A stretch of DNA of 64,000 nucleotides. It comes from an uncultured Thiotrichaceae bacterium (GTDB taxonomy: Bacteria; Pseudomonadota; Gammaproteobacteria; SZUA-229). Below the pieces are notes generated by a model. The model saw only the letters and a list, made by a program, of their open reading frames with translations. It was not told the origin of the DNA and ran no database searches. Numbering within the stretch: the first letter of the stretch is position 1; the number at the start of each line of letters is the position of its first letter. The stretch spans positions 2,956-66,955 of the forward strand of contig CAZHEA010000007.1 of NCBI GenBank assembly GCA_964531165.1. The letters run 5' to 3'. The position numbers and the translations under genes are program-made. This document shows positions 48,665-58,749 of the stretch, piece by piece.

Positions 48665-49156
48665 CTATTTTTTATTCAGTGTTTTAACAATCATTTTTTC
48701 AAGATCGGCCGTCTGGTTTTTCTTGAAGCCTTTATGCACTTTAACTAAATTGCCCCGGCGATCAATCAGGTAGGATGTCGGCATTACTTTTAATTGATAT
48801 AAATTAGGTGTTTTACCTTCCTCATCATAAGCAATGGTAAAGGTTGCCGGATGTTTCTTTAAAAAAGATTTAGCCGCAGAGCGATCGCTATCCAAGTTAA
48901 TCGCAATAATTTTGAAGCCTTTCTTACCGTAGCGGGCTTCCATATCGTTCATAAATGAAAATGATTTCTGACAGGGTTTGCACCATGAAGCCCAGAAATC
49001 TACATAAACAACTTTGTTTCTATAATCGGATAGCTTAACTTTTCCATTATCACCGTCGAGTGTAAATGCCGGGGCTTTTTGTGCAAAAGCGGGTGATGAT
49101 AAAGCAATGAGTAACAGGGTAATAAGGCTAATAAGTTTTTGAGTCGACGTGAGCAC
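48665..49156 (-). CDS. Periplasmic thiol:disulfide oxidoreductase, TlpA/ResA-like thioredoxin fold
   Basis: Signal peptide. WCKPC active site in the context FWASWCKPCQ. Confidence 0.7.
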   Translation of the reverse strand: MLTSTQKLISLITLLLIALSSPAFAQKAPAFTLDGDNGKVKLSDYRNKVVYVDFWASWCKPCQKSFSFMNDMEARYGKKGFKIIAINLDSDRSAAKSFLKKHPATFTIAYDEEGKTPNLYQLKVMPTSYLIDRRGNLVKVHKGFKKNQTADLEKMIVKTLNKK

Positions 49157-49631
49157 GAATGATTCTCCATAATAAGGTCACAAAAGGCAAAGCAGTTTTT
49201 ACTGCAGTTTTGATATTTTAGTTTAGTTTTTCTTAAGGTTTCATTAAATGATGCAATTAACTAAATTACAACCGATGGTCGGGAAAATGTGATGCTTTCC
49301 TCAATTATTGCTGCTGGCGTTCTATGCAAATTAAATTTTAGTTTCATAAAGTTGATTAATTTATAGTCAATTTTTGATTTTATATAAAATTGTAGCAGAT
49401 ATGGTGCAGTTACTTGTAGATGTAAATTTCTAATGCAAATGCTTAATTTACGCTATGTTTAGGAATACGCTATAAGAATCAATAATATAGATATATCTGT
49501 TTTGGGTAAAAATTGGCTTTTTATTAAAAATCTGTTAGATTTCGCTGATCCTGTAATATTATAGTGCAACTGTATTTTAATGGTGCGGCCAGCGCTGTGA
49601 TTTGGTGCGTTGAATAAGTAAATAAAAATAA

Positions 49632-49979
<348 letters not shown>

Positions 49980-50043
49980 TGTTGTGGCTGACGACATGTT
50001 GGCTGGTAAACCGATTATGTAATTGTTTGGGGTTAATTAAAAA

Positions 50044-51342
50044 ATGAAAAGAATGTTCTCACGCCTGATGGCAGCTGGCTTGCTGGTGTTATTACCGTTA
50101 ACCGCCTCTGCACAAGATGCGATAAATGGTGCGGATACTGGTTGGATAATGGCGTCCACTGCACTGGTTTTATTTATGACACTTCCCGGTTTAGCGCTGT
50201 TTTACGGCGGCCTGGTGCGCTCACGTAATGTGCTATCGATATTGATGCAATGTTTTGCTATTGCCGGTGTCTCCTCCATTCTCTGGTTAACATTTGGTTA
50301 TAGTCTGGCGTTTGGCGAGGGTAATAACTGGATCGGTGATTTTAGTAAGGTAATGATGTCCGGTATTGGCAGGGATACGGTTTCCGGCACGATTCCTGAG
50401 TCTCTGTTCATGATGTTTCAAATGACCTTTGCCATTATTACCCCGGCATTGATTATTGGTGCCTTTGCAGAGCGTATGAAATTTTCCGCAATGCTACTGT
50501 TCAGTGCAATTTGGCTGATGCTGGTATATGTACCGGTTACCCACTGGGTGTGGGGCGGCGGCTGGCTGGCAGATATGGGCCTGTATGATTTTGCCGGTGG
50601 TACGGTCGTGCATATCACTGCCGGAGTAGCGGCGCTGGTGTCGGCTATGGTGCTGGGGCCGCGTCGAGGTTTTCCGCAAAAAACCATGATGCCACATAAT
50701 ATGACCATGACCATTGCCGGTGCCGGCATGCTGTGGGTAGGCTGGTTTGGCTTTAATGGTGGTAGCGCATTGGCGGCTGATGGTAATGCCGCAATGGCAA
50801 TACTGGTAACGCATATCTCTGCTGCCACCGGTGCCATGACCTGGATGGCAATTGAATGGTTCCGCTATGGCAAGCCCAGTGCGCTGGGTGTAGTCACCGG
50901 TATGGTGGCGGGTTTAGGTACAATTACACCGGCATCAGGCTTTGTTGGGCCCGGTGGTGCGCTAATTATTGGCTTACTGGCCGGTGGTGTATGCTTCACC
51001 GCAACTCAATACATAAAACGGGTATTGAAAATTGATGATTCACTGGACGTATTCCCAGTGCATGGTGTCGGCGGTATTTTAGGTACGTTACTGGCAGGTG
51101 TGTTTTCGGCAACCAGCCTGGGCGTATTTAGCGGCTATGGCTTTGCCGATGGTATTAGCAGCATGGCGGGGCAACTTAAAGTGCAGATGATTGGTGTGGT
51201 TGCGACAGTGGTTTTTACTGCGGTGGTGACCTGGATTATCTTAAAAGTGGTAGATGCTCTTATCGGTCTGAGAGTGACTGAAGAAGAGGAAATTGAAGGT
51301 CTGGATATCGTGTTACACGAAGAGCGTGGTTATGACCTTTAG
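50044..51342 (+). CDS. amtB: Ammonium transporter AmtB
   Basis: Signal peptide plus 11 TM. Amt signature region with the twin-His pore. glnK-amtB operon. Confidence 0.9.
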   Translation: MKRMFSRLMAAGLLVLLPLTASAQDAINGADTGWIMASTALVLFMTLPGLALFYGGLVRSRNVLSILMQCFAIAGVSSILWLTFGYSLAFGEGNNWIGDFSKVMMSGIGRDTVSGTIPESLFMMFQMTFAIITPALIIGAFAERMKFSAMLLFSAIWLMLVYVPVTHWVWGGGWLADMGLYDFAGGTVVHITAGVAALVSAMVLGPRRGFPQKTMMPHNMTMTIAGAGMLWVGWFGFNGGSALAADGNAAMAILVTHISAATGAMTWMAIEWFRYGKPSALGVVTGMVAGLGTITPASGFVGPGGALIIGLLAGGVCFTATQYIKRVLKIDDSLDVFPVHGVGGILGTLLAGVFSATSLGVFSGYGFADGISSMAGQLKVQMIGVVATVVFTAVVTWIILKVVDALIGLRVTEEEEIEGLDIVLHEERGYDL

Positions 51343-51382
51343 TTTATAGTGTTAGCCTTTGGTGATTGGCTAAAAGCAGTTC

Positions 51383-51410
51383 TCGTTGTTGGGAGCTGCT
51401 TTTTTTAATT
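51383..51410 (+). terminator. Probable terminator after amtB
   Basis: Short stem AGCAG..CTGCT followed by TTTTTTT. Confidence 0.4.
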
Positions 51411-51540
51411 GCGTATCTAATTCATGTGGATGGAAGGCGTTCCGGTGTCACCATACTTTATCGCTGAGGTCGTTAGCAAAGAGCAGCGAATGGTGACTTT
51501 CTATGTTAATATTGTTAAAAATAATTTTAATTAAAAAACA

Positions 51541-52845
51541 GTGACTATCTCTCAAGCAAACACCCAGCCAACCATTATTCCCCGGTCCGAGCACTCGATC
51601 TCCCGAGATAATATCGACGATACTGCATTGCGGGTTTTATATCGTCTGCATAAGGCCGGTTTTCGTGCCATGCTGGTGGGTGGTGGCGTGCGCGATTTAC
51701 TGTTAGGACATGCCCCCAAAGATTTTGATATTGCCACCGATGCGCATCCCGAACAGGTCAAAAAGTTATTCAGTAATAGTCGCCTAATTGGTCGGCGCTT
51801 TCGTCTGGCGCATGTGTTTTTTGGTCGTGAAATTATAGAGGTCGCAACTTTCAGAGCGTCACAGACTGATGAGCATCACAACGATGATGACTCAGATCGA
51901 GCTCATGATACCAGCGGGCGAATTTTACGCGATAATGTTTACGGTCAGTTAGACGATGATGTGTGGCGTCGTGACTTTACCGTTAATGCGTTGTATTACG
52001 ACATTGCGGATTTTTCGATTGTTGATTACACCAACGCCATGGATGATGTTAAGAGCAAAGTCATGCGTTTGATTGGTGATCCGCAAACCCGCTATCGCGA
52101 AGATCCGGTGCGTATGCTACGGGCTATTCGTTTTGCCGCAAAACTGGGATTTACGATACATCCTGATTCAGAGCAGCCTATTTATGAACTCGGGCATTTA
52201 CTCGCCGATATTCCACCGGCACGTTTATACGAAGAAGTTTTAAAGTTGTTTCACTCGGGGCAGGGTGTGCTGACTCTGCAGTTATTGCGTAAGTATGATT
52301 TATTGCAATACTTATTTAAAGCGGCGGACGACACCCTCAAACAGGGCAGTGAAACCTTTGAAGCATTTATTCATCTGGCACTGGAAAGCACCGATAAACG
52401 AATTAATCAGGACAAACCGGTAACCCCTGCATTTTTATTTGCAGCGATGTTGTGGGGCGTTGTTGATAACTTTTTTGAAGAGTTTAAGCGCGATGGAGAG
52501 CCAGTGTCGATTGCCATGCAAAATGCCAGTTCGTTAGCATTGTCACAGCAAATTCGTAGCATATCTATTCCCAAGCGCTTTAGTATGGTAGTGCGGGATA
52601 TCTGGCACATGCAGCACCGCTTTCAGTTTCGCCATGGCCGTCGTGCCAAATCATTATTGATGCACAAAAAATTTCGGGCGGCGTATGATTTTATGTGCAT
52701 TCGAAGCCAGGCGGGTGAAGTCAATGATGATAGTTGTGAATGGTGGACGCGAATCCAGACACTGGGGCCGCAGGAGCAGGAAATTTTATTAAAGCCGGCT
52801 AAAGCCAAACCTAAAAAAAAGAAAAACACCCCGAAACAAACATGA
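51541..52845 (+). CDS. pcnB: Poly(A) polymerase I
   Basis: Nucleotidyltransferase head (GGGVRDLLLG...DFDIAT) and a K-rich C-terminus. The start codon is uncertain. Confidence 0.85.
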   Translation: MTISQANTQPTIIPRSEHSISRDNIDDTALRVLYRLHKAGFRAMLVGGGVRDLLLGHAPKDFDIATDAHPEQVKKLFSNSRLIGRRFRLAHVFFGREIIEVATFRASQTDEHHNDDDSDRAHDTSGRILRDNVYGQLDDDVWRRDFTVNALYYDIADFSIVDYTNAMDDVKSKVMRLIGDPQTRYREDPVRMLRAIRFAAKLGFTIHPDSEQPIYELGHLLADIPPARLYEEVLKLFHSGQGVLTLQLLRKYDLLQYLFKAADDTLKQGSETFEAFIHLALESTDKRINQDKPVTPAFLFAAMLWGVVDNFFEEFKRDGEPVSIAMQNASSLALSQQIRSISIPKRFSMVVRDIWHMQHRFQFRHGRRAKSLLMHKKFRAAYDFMCIRSQAGEVNDDSCEWWTRIQTLGPQEQEILLKPAKAKPKKKKNTPKQT

Positions 52846-53360
52846 ATGCCGGCTTAATCGTCGATTGCTATATTGGTCTGGGTAGTAATCAGGCTGAGCC
52901 TCTACAGCAGCTTAATATGGCCCGGGAAAAAATTGCGGCACTTCGCGCAACCCGTTTGCTGCAAAGCTCATCTATTTATCAGAGCGAAGCGTTTACACTG
53001 GATGATGAGCCGCAAAACGATTATTTAAATGCGGTACTGAAAGTTCAGACGCAACTTAGCGCCATACAACTGTTGGATGCTCTGCAGCAACTTGAAAATG
53101 AGCAGGGCAGGATACGTGAAAAACGCTGGGGTGCGCGCACACTGGATCTGGATATATTGCTATACGGCGATCAGAAAATTAATGTTCCGCGTTTAACGGT
53201 TCCACATATTGAAATGCAGAATAGAAACTTTGTTTTATTGCCATTACAGGAAATTTCACCGCAGATAAAAATTTCCGGTAATGTAGCGATACAACAACTA
53301 ATAGAAAATAATCGTAATCAGGTATTGCAGAAAGTGAAAGAGTTTAATGGAACAGCCTGA
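52842..53360 (+). CDS. folK: 2-amino-4-hydroxy-6-hydroxymethyldihydropteridine pyrophosphokinase
   Basis: HPPK motifs (YIGLGSN, RWGARTLDLDIL). pcnB-folK order. Confidence 0.8.
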   Translation: MNAGLIVDCYIGLGSNQAEPLQQLNMAREKIAALRATRLLQSSSIYQSEAFTLDDEPQNDYLNAVLKVQTQLSAIQLLDALQQLENEQGRIREKRWGARTLDLDILLYGDQKINVPRLTVPHIEMQNRNFVLLPLQEISPQIKISGNVAIQQLIENNRNQVLQKVKEFNGTA

Positions 53361-53991
53361 ATTTATTGTAGTTGAAGGTCCAATTGGTGTGGGTAAGACT
53401 ACCCTGGCAAAGAAACTCGCACAGAGTTTTGGTAGTGAGCTGTTATTGGAGGGTGCTGCAGAAAATCCGTTTATGTCGCGCTTTTATGAAAATCCCAGGG
53501 CCGCTGCTCTGTCTACCCAATTGTTTTTTCTGTTACAACGTGCCAGACAAATGCAGGAAATACGCCAGGCGGATATGTTTAATCCGGTGCGTATTGCAGA
53601 TTTCCTAATGGAAAAAGATCGTCTGTTTGCGGAGTTAACTTTAGACGAAGATGAGTTAATACTATACGAACAGGTATATGATCAGTTAACTCTTGATGTG
53701 CCTGAACCAGATCTGGTGGTTTATTTACAGGCACCGGTCGAAGTGTTACTGGGAAGAATTGAAAATCGCGGCATACAGTATGAGCGTTTAATTGAGGCGG
53801 CGTACCTGCAGCGGTTGTCAGATGCGTATGTAGAGTTTTTTTATCACTATACCGATGCGCCATTATTAATTGTAAACGCAGCGGATATTGATTTCGCCAA
53901 TAATGAAAAAGATTATCAGCAATTACTGGGACGACTTAAGACAATGAAAAGTGGCCGGCATTATTATAATCCGCAGCCGGAATTAATTTAA
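53347..53991 (+). CDS. Deoxynucleoside kinase family protein
   Basis: P-loop VVEGPIGVGKTT and the dNK-like ERL/DRY region. Pseudomonas-type position between folK and panB. Confidence 0.6.
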   Translation: MEQPEFIVVEGPIGVGKTTLAKKLAQSFGSELLLEGAAENPFMSRFYENPRAAALSTQLFFLLQRARQMQEIRQADMFNPVRIADFLMEKDRLFAELTLDEDELILYEQVYDQLTLDVPEPDLVVYLQAPVEVLLGRIENRGIQYERLIEAAYLQRLSDAYVEFFYHYTDAPLLIVNAADIDFANNEKDYQQLLGRLKTMKSGRHYYNPQPELI

Positions 53992-54020
53992 AAAATTCTA
54001 TTTATTAAAGTCATACTTAA

Positions 54021-54059
54021 GAGTCCTCTCTTAGAAAATGAGGGGCTGGGGGAGATTTA
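54021..54059. repeat. REP-like family B element
   Basis: GAGTCCTCTCTTAGAAAATGAGGGGCTGGGGGAGATTTA, upstream of panB. Confidence 0.65.
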
Positions 54060-54105
54060 AAACCTGCCAGATTATGATACTTTTTTATAGCATGAGCATA
54101 TTCAA

Positions 54106-54924
54106 ATGAGTACACAACCTAAAAAATCAAACAAAGTCACTATCAATACATTGCGTGAAATGAAAGCTGGCAATGAAAAAATTGCCTGTCTTACTGCTTA
54201 TGATATGAGCTTTGCAAAGGTGCTGGATGATGCCGGTGCCGATATTGTTTTAGTTGGTGATTCACTGGGAATGGTTATTCAGGGCTTAAACTCCACAATA
54301 CCTGTGACTATGGATGAAATGGTTTATCACGGAAAAATTGTATCCCGGGGCTTAAGCCGTGCATTATTGATTTTAGATATGCCATTTATGTCGGATGCTT
54401 CAACGCATCAGGCCGTTGAAAATGCCGGGCGCTTTATGAAAGAGTGTGGAGCCAATATGGTGAAGCTTGAAGGTGGCGCCGATCAAAAAGAGTTAGTTGA
54501 AACGCTCACGCGTTTAGGTATTCCGGTGTGTGCACACTTAGGTTTACAGCCGCAGCGGGTACATAAGCTTGGTGGTTATAAAGTGCAGGGACGTGATAGT
54601 GCAGTGGCGAAAAAGATGCTCAATGATGCAAAAGTTTTAGAGCAGGCAGGCGCTGATTTATTGTTGCTGGAGTGTGTGCCTGATGCGTTGGCTAAGAAAA
54701 TAACCGGTCAGGTAAGTATTCCGGTGATTGGAATTGGTGCGGGTAGAAATACTGACGGGCAAATTTTAGTGCTGTATGACATACTTGGAATTTCAGCTGG
54801 TCATGTGCCAAAATTTTCTAAAAATTATATGCAGCAAACAGACTCAATTCAGCACGCTATAAAGTTATATATAGAAGAAGTGAAGTCGGTAGCCTTTCCT
54901 GCGGATGAGCATACGTTTAACTAA
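54106..54924 (+). CDS. panB: 3-methyl-2-oxobutanoate hydroxymethyltransferase
   Basis: Typical PanB (ACLTAYD, VGDSLGMV). Confidence 0.9.
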   Translation: MSTQPKKSNKVTINTLREMKAGNEKIACLTAYDMSFAKVLDDAGADIVLVGDSLGMVIQGLNSTIPVTMDEMVYHGKIVSRGLSRALLILDMPFMSDASTHQAVENAGRFMKECGANMVKLEGGADQKELVETLTRLGIPVCAHLGLQPQRVHKLGGYKVQGRDSAVAKKMLNDAKVLEQAGADLLLLECVPDALAKKITGQVSIPVIGIGAGRNTDGQILVLYDILGISAGHVPKFSKNYMQQTDSIQHAIKLYIEEVKSVAFPADEHTFN

Positions 54925-55165
54925 CCGGGCTCAGGGGTTACAAAGTTACTTATCGTGTTCGGTTTATGTCGTTTTTGATGATGCTTATGCCGTCATCCCA
55001 GCATGCCTGTAGCGGGTCCAGTGACTTTATTAAACCTGAGACACTGGATTTCGGCTCAAAAGCATACAGTAATGACAGTTAAATTATTGGCTTTTGCTTT
55101 AAGTTATTGTGTACGACAAAATATTTAGTTTTCTCCAGAAGCACAATTTATTATAAATATCTAAT

Positions 55166-56011
55166 ATGAAAATTTCAAAGACACTTAATGATTTAACCCG
55201 CATAACTCAGCAATGGAAGATAGATAATCTGACTATTGGCTTTGTACCCACTATGGGGCATCTGCACGCCGGACATATCGAACTGGTTAATCAGGCGAGA
55301 GCTCAATGCGATAAGGTAGTGGTGAGTATTTTTGTAAACCCATTGCAGTTTAATCAGGTTAGTGACCTGCAAGCTTACCCAAAAACATTGCCGCAAGATA
55401 AAGAAAAATTATCAGCAGCGAATGTTGATTGTCTATTTTTACCCGCTACCGAAGCAATGTATCCACAAGGTCAGTCAGTGACCACAAAAGTTTGTGTGCC
55501 GGGGATAACCCGAGAGTTGGAAGGTGAGCACCGACCGGGACATTTTGATGGCGTGTCTACGGTGGTCAATAAACTGTTTAATCTGATACAGCCGCAGTTT
55601 GCTTATTTCGGGGAAAAAGATTTTCAGCAATTATTGCTGATTAAACAAATGGTGAAGGATTTGAATATACCGGTTGAAATTCGGCCGGTTGCAACTTACC
55701 GTGAAACCGATGGGCTGGCGATGAGCTCAAGAAATTCGCGATTAACTGAAGCTCAGAGATTAGTTGCCCCGCAGTTATTCAGGGTTTTGCAGGACGTGGC
55801 CCGGCAGGTCAGCGAGGGGCAGCTGACACTGACAGATATTGAGCAGCAGGCCGGAGAAAGCCTGCTGCAAAAGGGCTTCGAGGTGGAGTATGTGTCAGTG
55901 CGTGATGATGAAAATTTAGTACCGGCGACAAATAGCACGACTAACCGGCTGGTGCTGTCAGCGGCTCGCCTTGGTGAAGTGCGCTTAATTGATAATTTAC
56001 GCATTGATTAG
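55166..56011 (+). CDS. panC: Pantoate--beta-alanine ligase
   Basis: GFVPTMGHLHAGH HIGH motif. Confidence 0.9.
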   Translation: MKISKTLNDLTRITQQWKIDNLTIGFVPTMGHLHAGHIELVNQARAQCDKVVVSIFVNPLQFNQVSDLQAYPKTLPQDKEKLSAANVDCLFLPATEAMYPQGQSVTTKVCVPGITRELEGEHRPGHFDGVSTVVNKLFNLIQPQFAYFGEKDFQQLLLIKQMVKDLNIPVEIRPVATYRETDGLAMSSRNSRLTEAQRLVAPQLFRVLQDVARQVSEGQLTLTDIEQQAGESLLQKGFEVEYVSVRDDENLVPATNSTTNRLVLSAARLGEVRLIDNLRID

Positions 56012-56191
56012 CGTGGTGCGGGCGACGCTTAATTATGGCTGACTATGACTACCTCATGATTAAGCATGTTCGGTGGAATGTGATATAAAAGGCAATATAT
56101 CCACTATATCAGTAATATCTTAACTTGATACCCGTTGCAGATTCCATCATAATTACAGTTTCGTTTTTATTAAGCCCGAACAGGAAGATCT

Positions 56192-56572
56192 ATGCATTTA
56201 ACTATGCTTAAAGCCAAGCTGCATCAAGCCCGCGTCACACTCTCTGAGCTGGAGTATGAAGGCTCCTGCGCGATTGATGGAAAGTTACTGGATGAGGCGG
56301 GAATTCATGAATACGAACAAATTCAGATATATAATCTGGCAAACGGCAACCGGTTTACCACCTATGCGATTCGTGGTGAAGATGGCAGCGGCATGATTTC
56401 GGTTAATGGTGCGGCAGCACATAAAGCCAGCCCGGGTGATCGTGTCATTATTTGCAGCTATGTGCAGCTGGATCAGAAAGAAGCAGCGTGTTTTAAGCCT
56501 AAGCTGGTATATCTGAATGAGTTGAATCAAATTACGCATACAGGGGATCAAATTCCGGTACAGGTGGCTTGA
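56192..56572 (+). CDS. panD: Aspartate 1-decarboxylase
   Basis: Collinear with E. coli PanD including the YEGSCAID self-processing site. Confidence 0.85.
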   Translation: MHLTMLKAKLHQARVTLSELEYEGSCAIDGKLLDEAGIHEYEQIQIYNLANGNRFTTYAIRGEDGSGMISVNGAAAHKASPGDRVIICSYVQLDQKEAACFKPKLVYLNELNQITHTGDQIPVQVA

Positions 56573-56626
56573 TGATGGTTAACAATAACTCATCAATGTC
56601 ATAGCTATTATTTAAACACCACCGGC

Positions 56627-57628
56627 TCAGTTCTCAGAAGCCAGCTCAATTCGATTCCGGCCATTTTCCTTAGCTTTATAAAGCGCTTTGTCCGCATATT
56701 CAATTAATTGTTTAATATTGTATTCGCTACCCTTGTCATAGGTAGCAACACCCATACTGACGGTTACACATTCAGCAGCGGTGGAGTGATTGTGTTCAAT
56801 ACAGGCCTCTCTTAATGACTTTTCAAAACGACTTGCAACTTTAAGCGCATTGTTTTCAGTCGTGCCGGGCAACAGTATCACAAACTCTTCGCCGCCATAT
56901 CGAGCGGCCATATCATGTGGGTTGAAACAGGCGTCATCTAATAGCTTAGCGACTTTTTTTAAACACTCATCCCCTAACTGATGACCATAGTTATCATTAA
57001 AAAATTTAAAGTAGTCTATATCGATTAAGATCAAAGTGATGGGAGTCTGGTTGGTTCTGGCATTCTCCATTTCCATCTCTAGTTGTTCATCAAAGTGACG
57101 ACGATTCGAAATACCGGTTAAACCATCCTGCATAGAAAGTTTGTGAAGTTTTTTATTGCTGGCTTCAAGTTGTTTTTTGAGCTGGCTCAGTGCATAAAAA
57201 GCAGAATCACGTTCTTGTTGTAGAATATAGTTTTTGGCATGGGCTCGAATGCGTGCAATCAGTTCAATTTCATCGGGTAGCTTAACCAGGTAATCGCTGG
57301 CACCGTAACTGAATGCTTCGCTCTTGGTGATTGCATCATCCTTAGATGAGAGGACGATGACGGGAATATCGCGAGTTTCATTATTGGCTTTATAAAACCT
57401 TAACAGAGTCATGCCATCAGCATCCGGCATAACCAGATCCTGTAAGATAATAGTTGCATCAAGTTTTACTGCGCTTTCAATTGCCAGAGTAGGGTCTTCA
57501 ATATAAGTTAGTTCCATGTCTGACTCACTGGCGAGCATGCGCCGGATGCCTTCAGCAATGATAGGCTGGTCATCAACCAGTATTATGCGAATACTCTTAT
57601 CTACATGCGTGTTATTTTGATTGCTCAT
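56627..57628 (-). CDS. wspR: Response regulator-diguanylate cyclase (REC + GGDEF), WspR-like
   Basis: REC domain (ILVDDQP...DLVMPDADG) and a GGDEF domain with GGEEF and an upstream RxxD I-site candidate. It is the last gene of a wsp-type operon. Confidence 0.75.
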   Translation of the reverse strand: MSNQNNTHVDKSIRIILVDDQPIIAEGIRRMLASESDMELTYIEDPTLAIESAVKLDATIILQDLVMPDADGMTLLRFYKANNETRDIPVIVLSSKDDAITKSEAFSYGASDYLVKLPDEIELIARIRAHAKNYILQQERDSAFYALSQLKKQLEASNKKLHKLSMQDGLTGISNRRHFDEQLEMEMENARTNQTPITLILIDIDYFKFFNDNYGHQLGDECLKKVAKLLDDACFNPHDMAARYGGEEFVILLPGTTENNALKVASRFEKSLREACIEHNHSTAAECVTVSMGVATYDKGSEYNIKQLIEYADKALYKAKENGRNRIELASEN

Positions 57629-57710
57629 AATTCATTTCTGTATAAAAGTCCGTGATTAAAAAAATCATATTTACAACTTGACTGGGCATTTCCTGATATC
57701 CAGTTTAAGG

Positions 57711-58703
57711 TTATGATGACGGTATATTTTTAATTATTTCATCAGCTATTTTTTCTATATCCAGCTCAACTCTAACTGCATTGAGTTCATTAGCGGCTTT
57801 AGGCATCCCATAAACGGCACAGCTTTTCTGATCCTGTGCAATCGTTAACATACCCCGGTTATAAAAAGATAATAGACCATTTGCACCATCTCGTCCCATG
57901 CCGGTAAGTAAAACACCGATTAATTTATTAGGCCAGTGGGTCACTGCGCTTTCAAAAAACACATCGACCGAGGGGCGGTACGGATAATCGACAGGAATAT
58001 CCGTATATTCAAAGCAGCCTGTCTTATTAATAATAAGGTGGTCGTTGCTGCATGCGATATAAACATGGCCGGGTTTTGGTACTTGTTTATTAATAGCAAT
58101 TTCAACGTTTATATCAACCTGAGCATCTAACCATTGTGCCATGCCCTGGCTAAACTGATTATCCATGTGTTGAATAACAACCCAGATAGCCCGTGTATTA
58201 ACCGGTAGTGTTTTAAGTATAGTCAGTATCGCAGCCGGTCCGCCAGAAGATGAGCCAATAGCCACTAGCGGTAAATTCTTTAGAGAGTCGGCGAGTTTTA
58301 TCTTATCTATGCGGTTAGAGCTTTCGTGTAATTTTTTTATATTTAAAATTTTCCTTTTAAGTTCTAATATTTTTTCAGGCTGTTGGTTTGAAGGCTCTGT
58401 AAATACGTCTAATGCACCCGCAGACATAGCATTAAATATCTCTGATGTATTATATGTGTCAGGTTGGCTGGTAACAATAATAGTGGTTGGCGTAGTGTTC
58501 ATTATGTTTTTAATGGTTTCACTGGCTTTGGTGTTTTTTTGCTTCAGCTGTACCAATAACAGGTCGGGATGATCGGTGGAGCACAGCGCTAATGCCTCTT
58601 TTTCGTTATTGGATGTCCAGCAAGTGATGTAACCCAGATCATTAATTAAAAGATTAAAAAGGCGGATGACATCAGGGTCAGTATGTAAAATCGCAATGCG
58701 CAT
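57711..58703 (-). CDS. wspF: Chemotaxis response regulator protein-glutamate methylesterase (CheB/WspF-like)
   Basis: REC + CheB methylesterase domain. Confidence 0.75.
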   Translation of the reverse strand: MRIAILHTDPDVIRLFNLLINDLGYITCWTSNNEKEALALCSTDHPDLLLVQLKQKNTKASETIKNIMNTTPTTIIVTSQPDTYNTSEIFNAMSAGALDVFTEPSNQQPEKILELKRKILNIKKLHESSNRIDKIKLADSLKNLPLVAIGSSSGGPAAILTILKTLPVNTRAIWVVIQHMDNQFSQGMAQWLDAQVDINVEIAINKQVPKPGHVYIACSNDHLIINKTGCFEYTDIPVDYPYRPSVDVFFESAVTHWPNKLIGVLLTGMGRDGANGLLSFYNRGMLTIAQDQKSCAVYGMPKAANELNAVRVELDIEKIADEIIKNIPSS

Positions 58704-58749
58704 AATATTTATAATTCAACCTGATGATATCGTGTCTTTAATCGTGTTG

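Noticed and set aside
50418-50837. Two minus-strand ORFs inside amtB.
   Set aside because: They are antisense to a strongly supported membrane transporter gene with composition-driven open frames.
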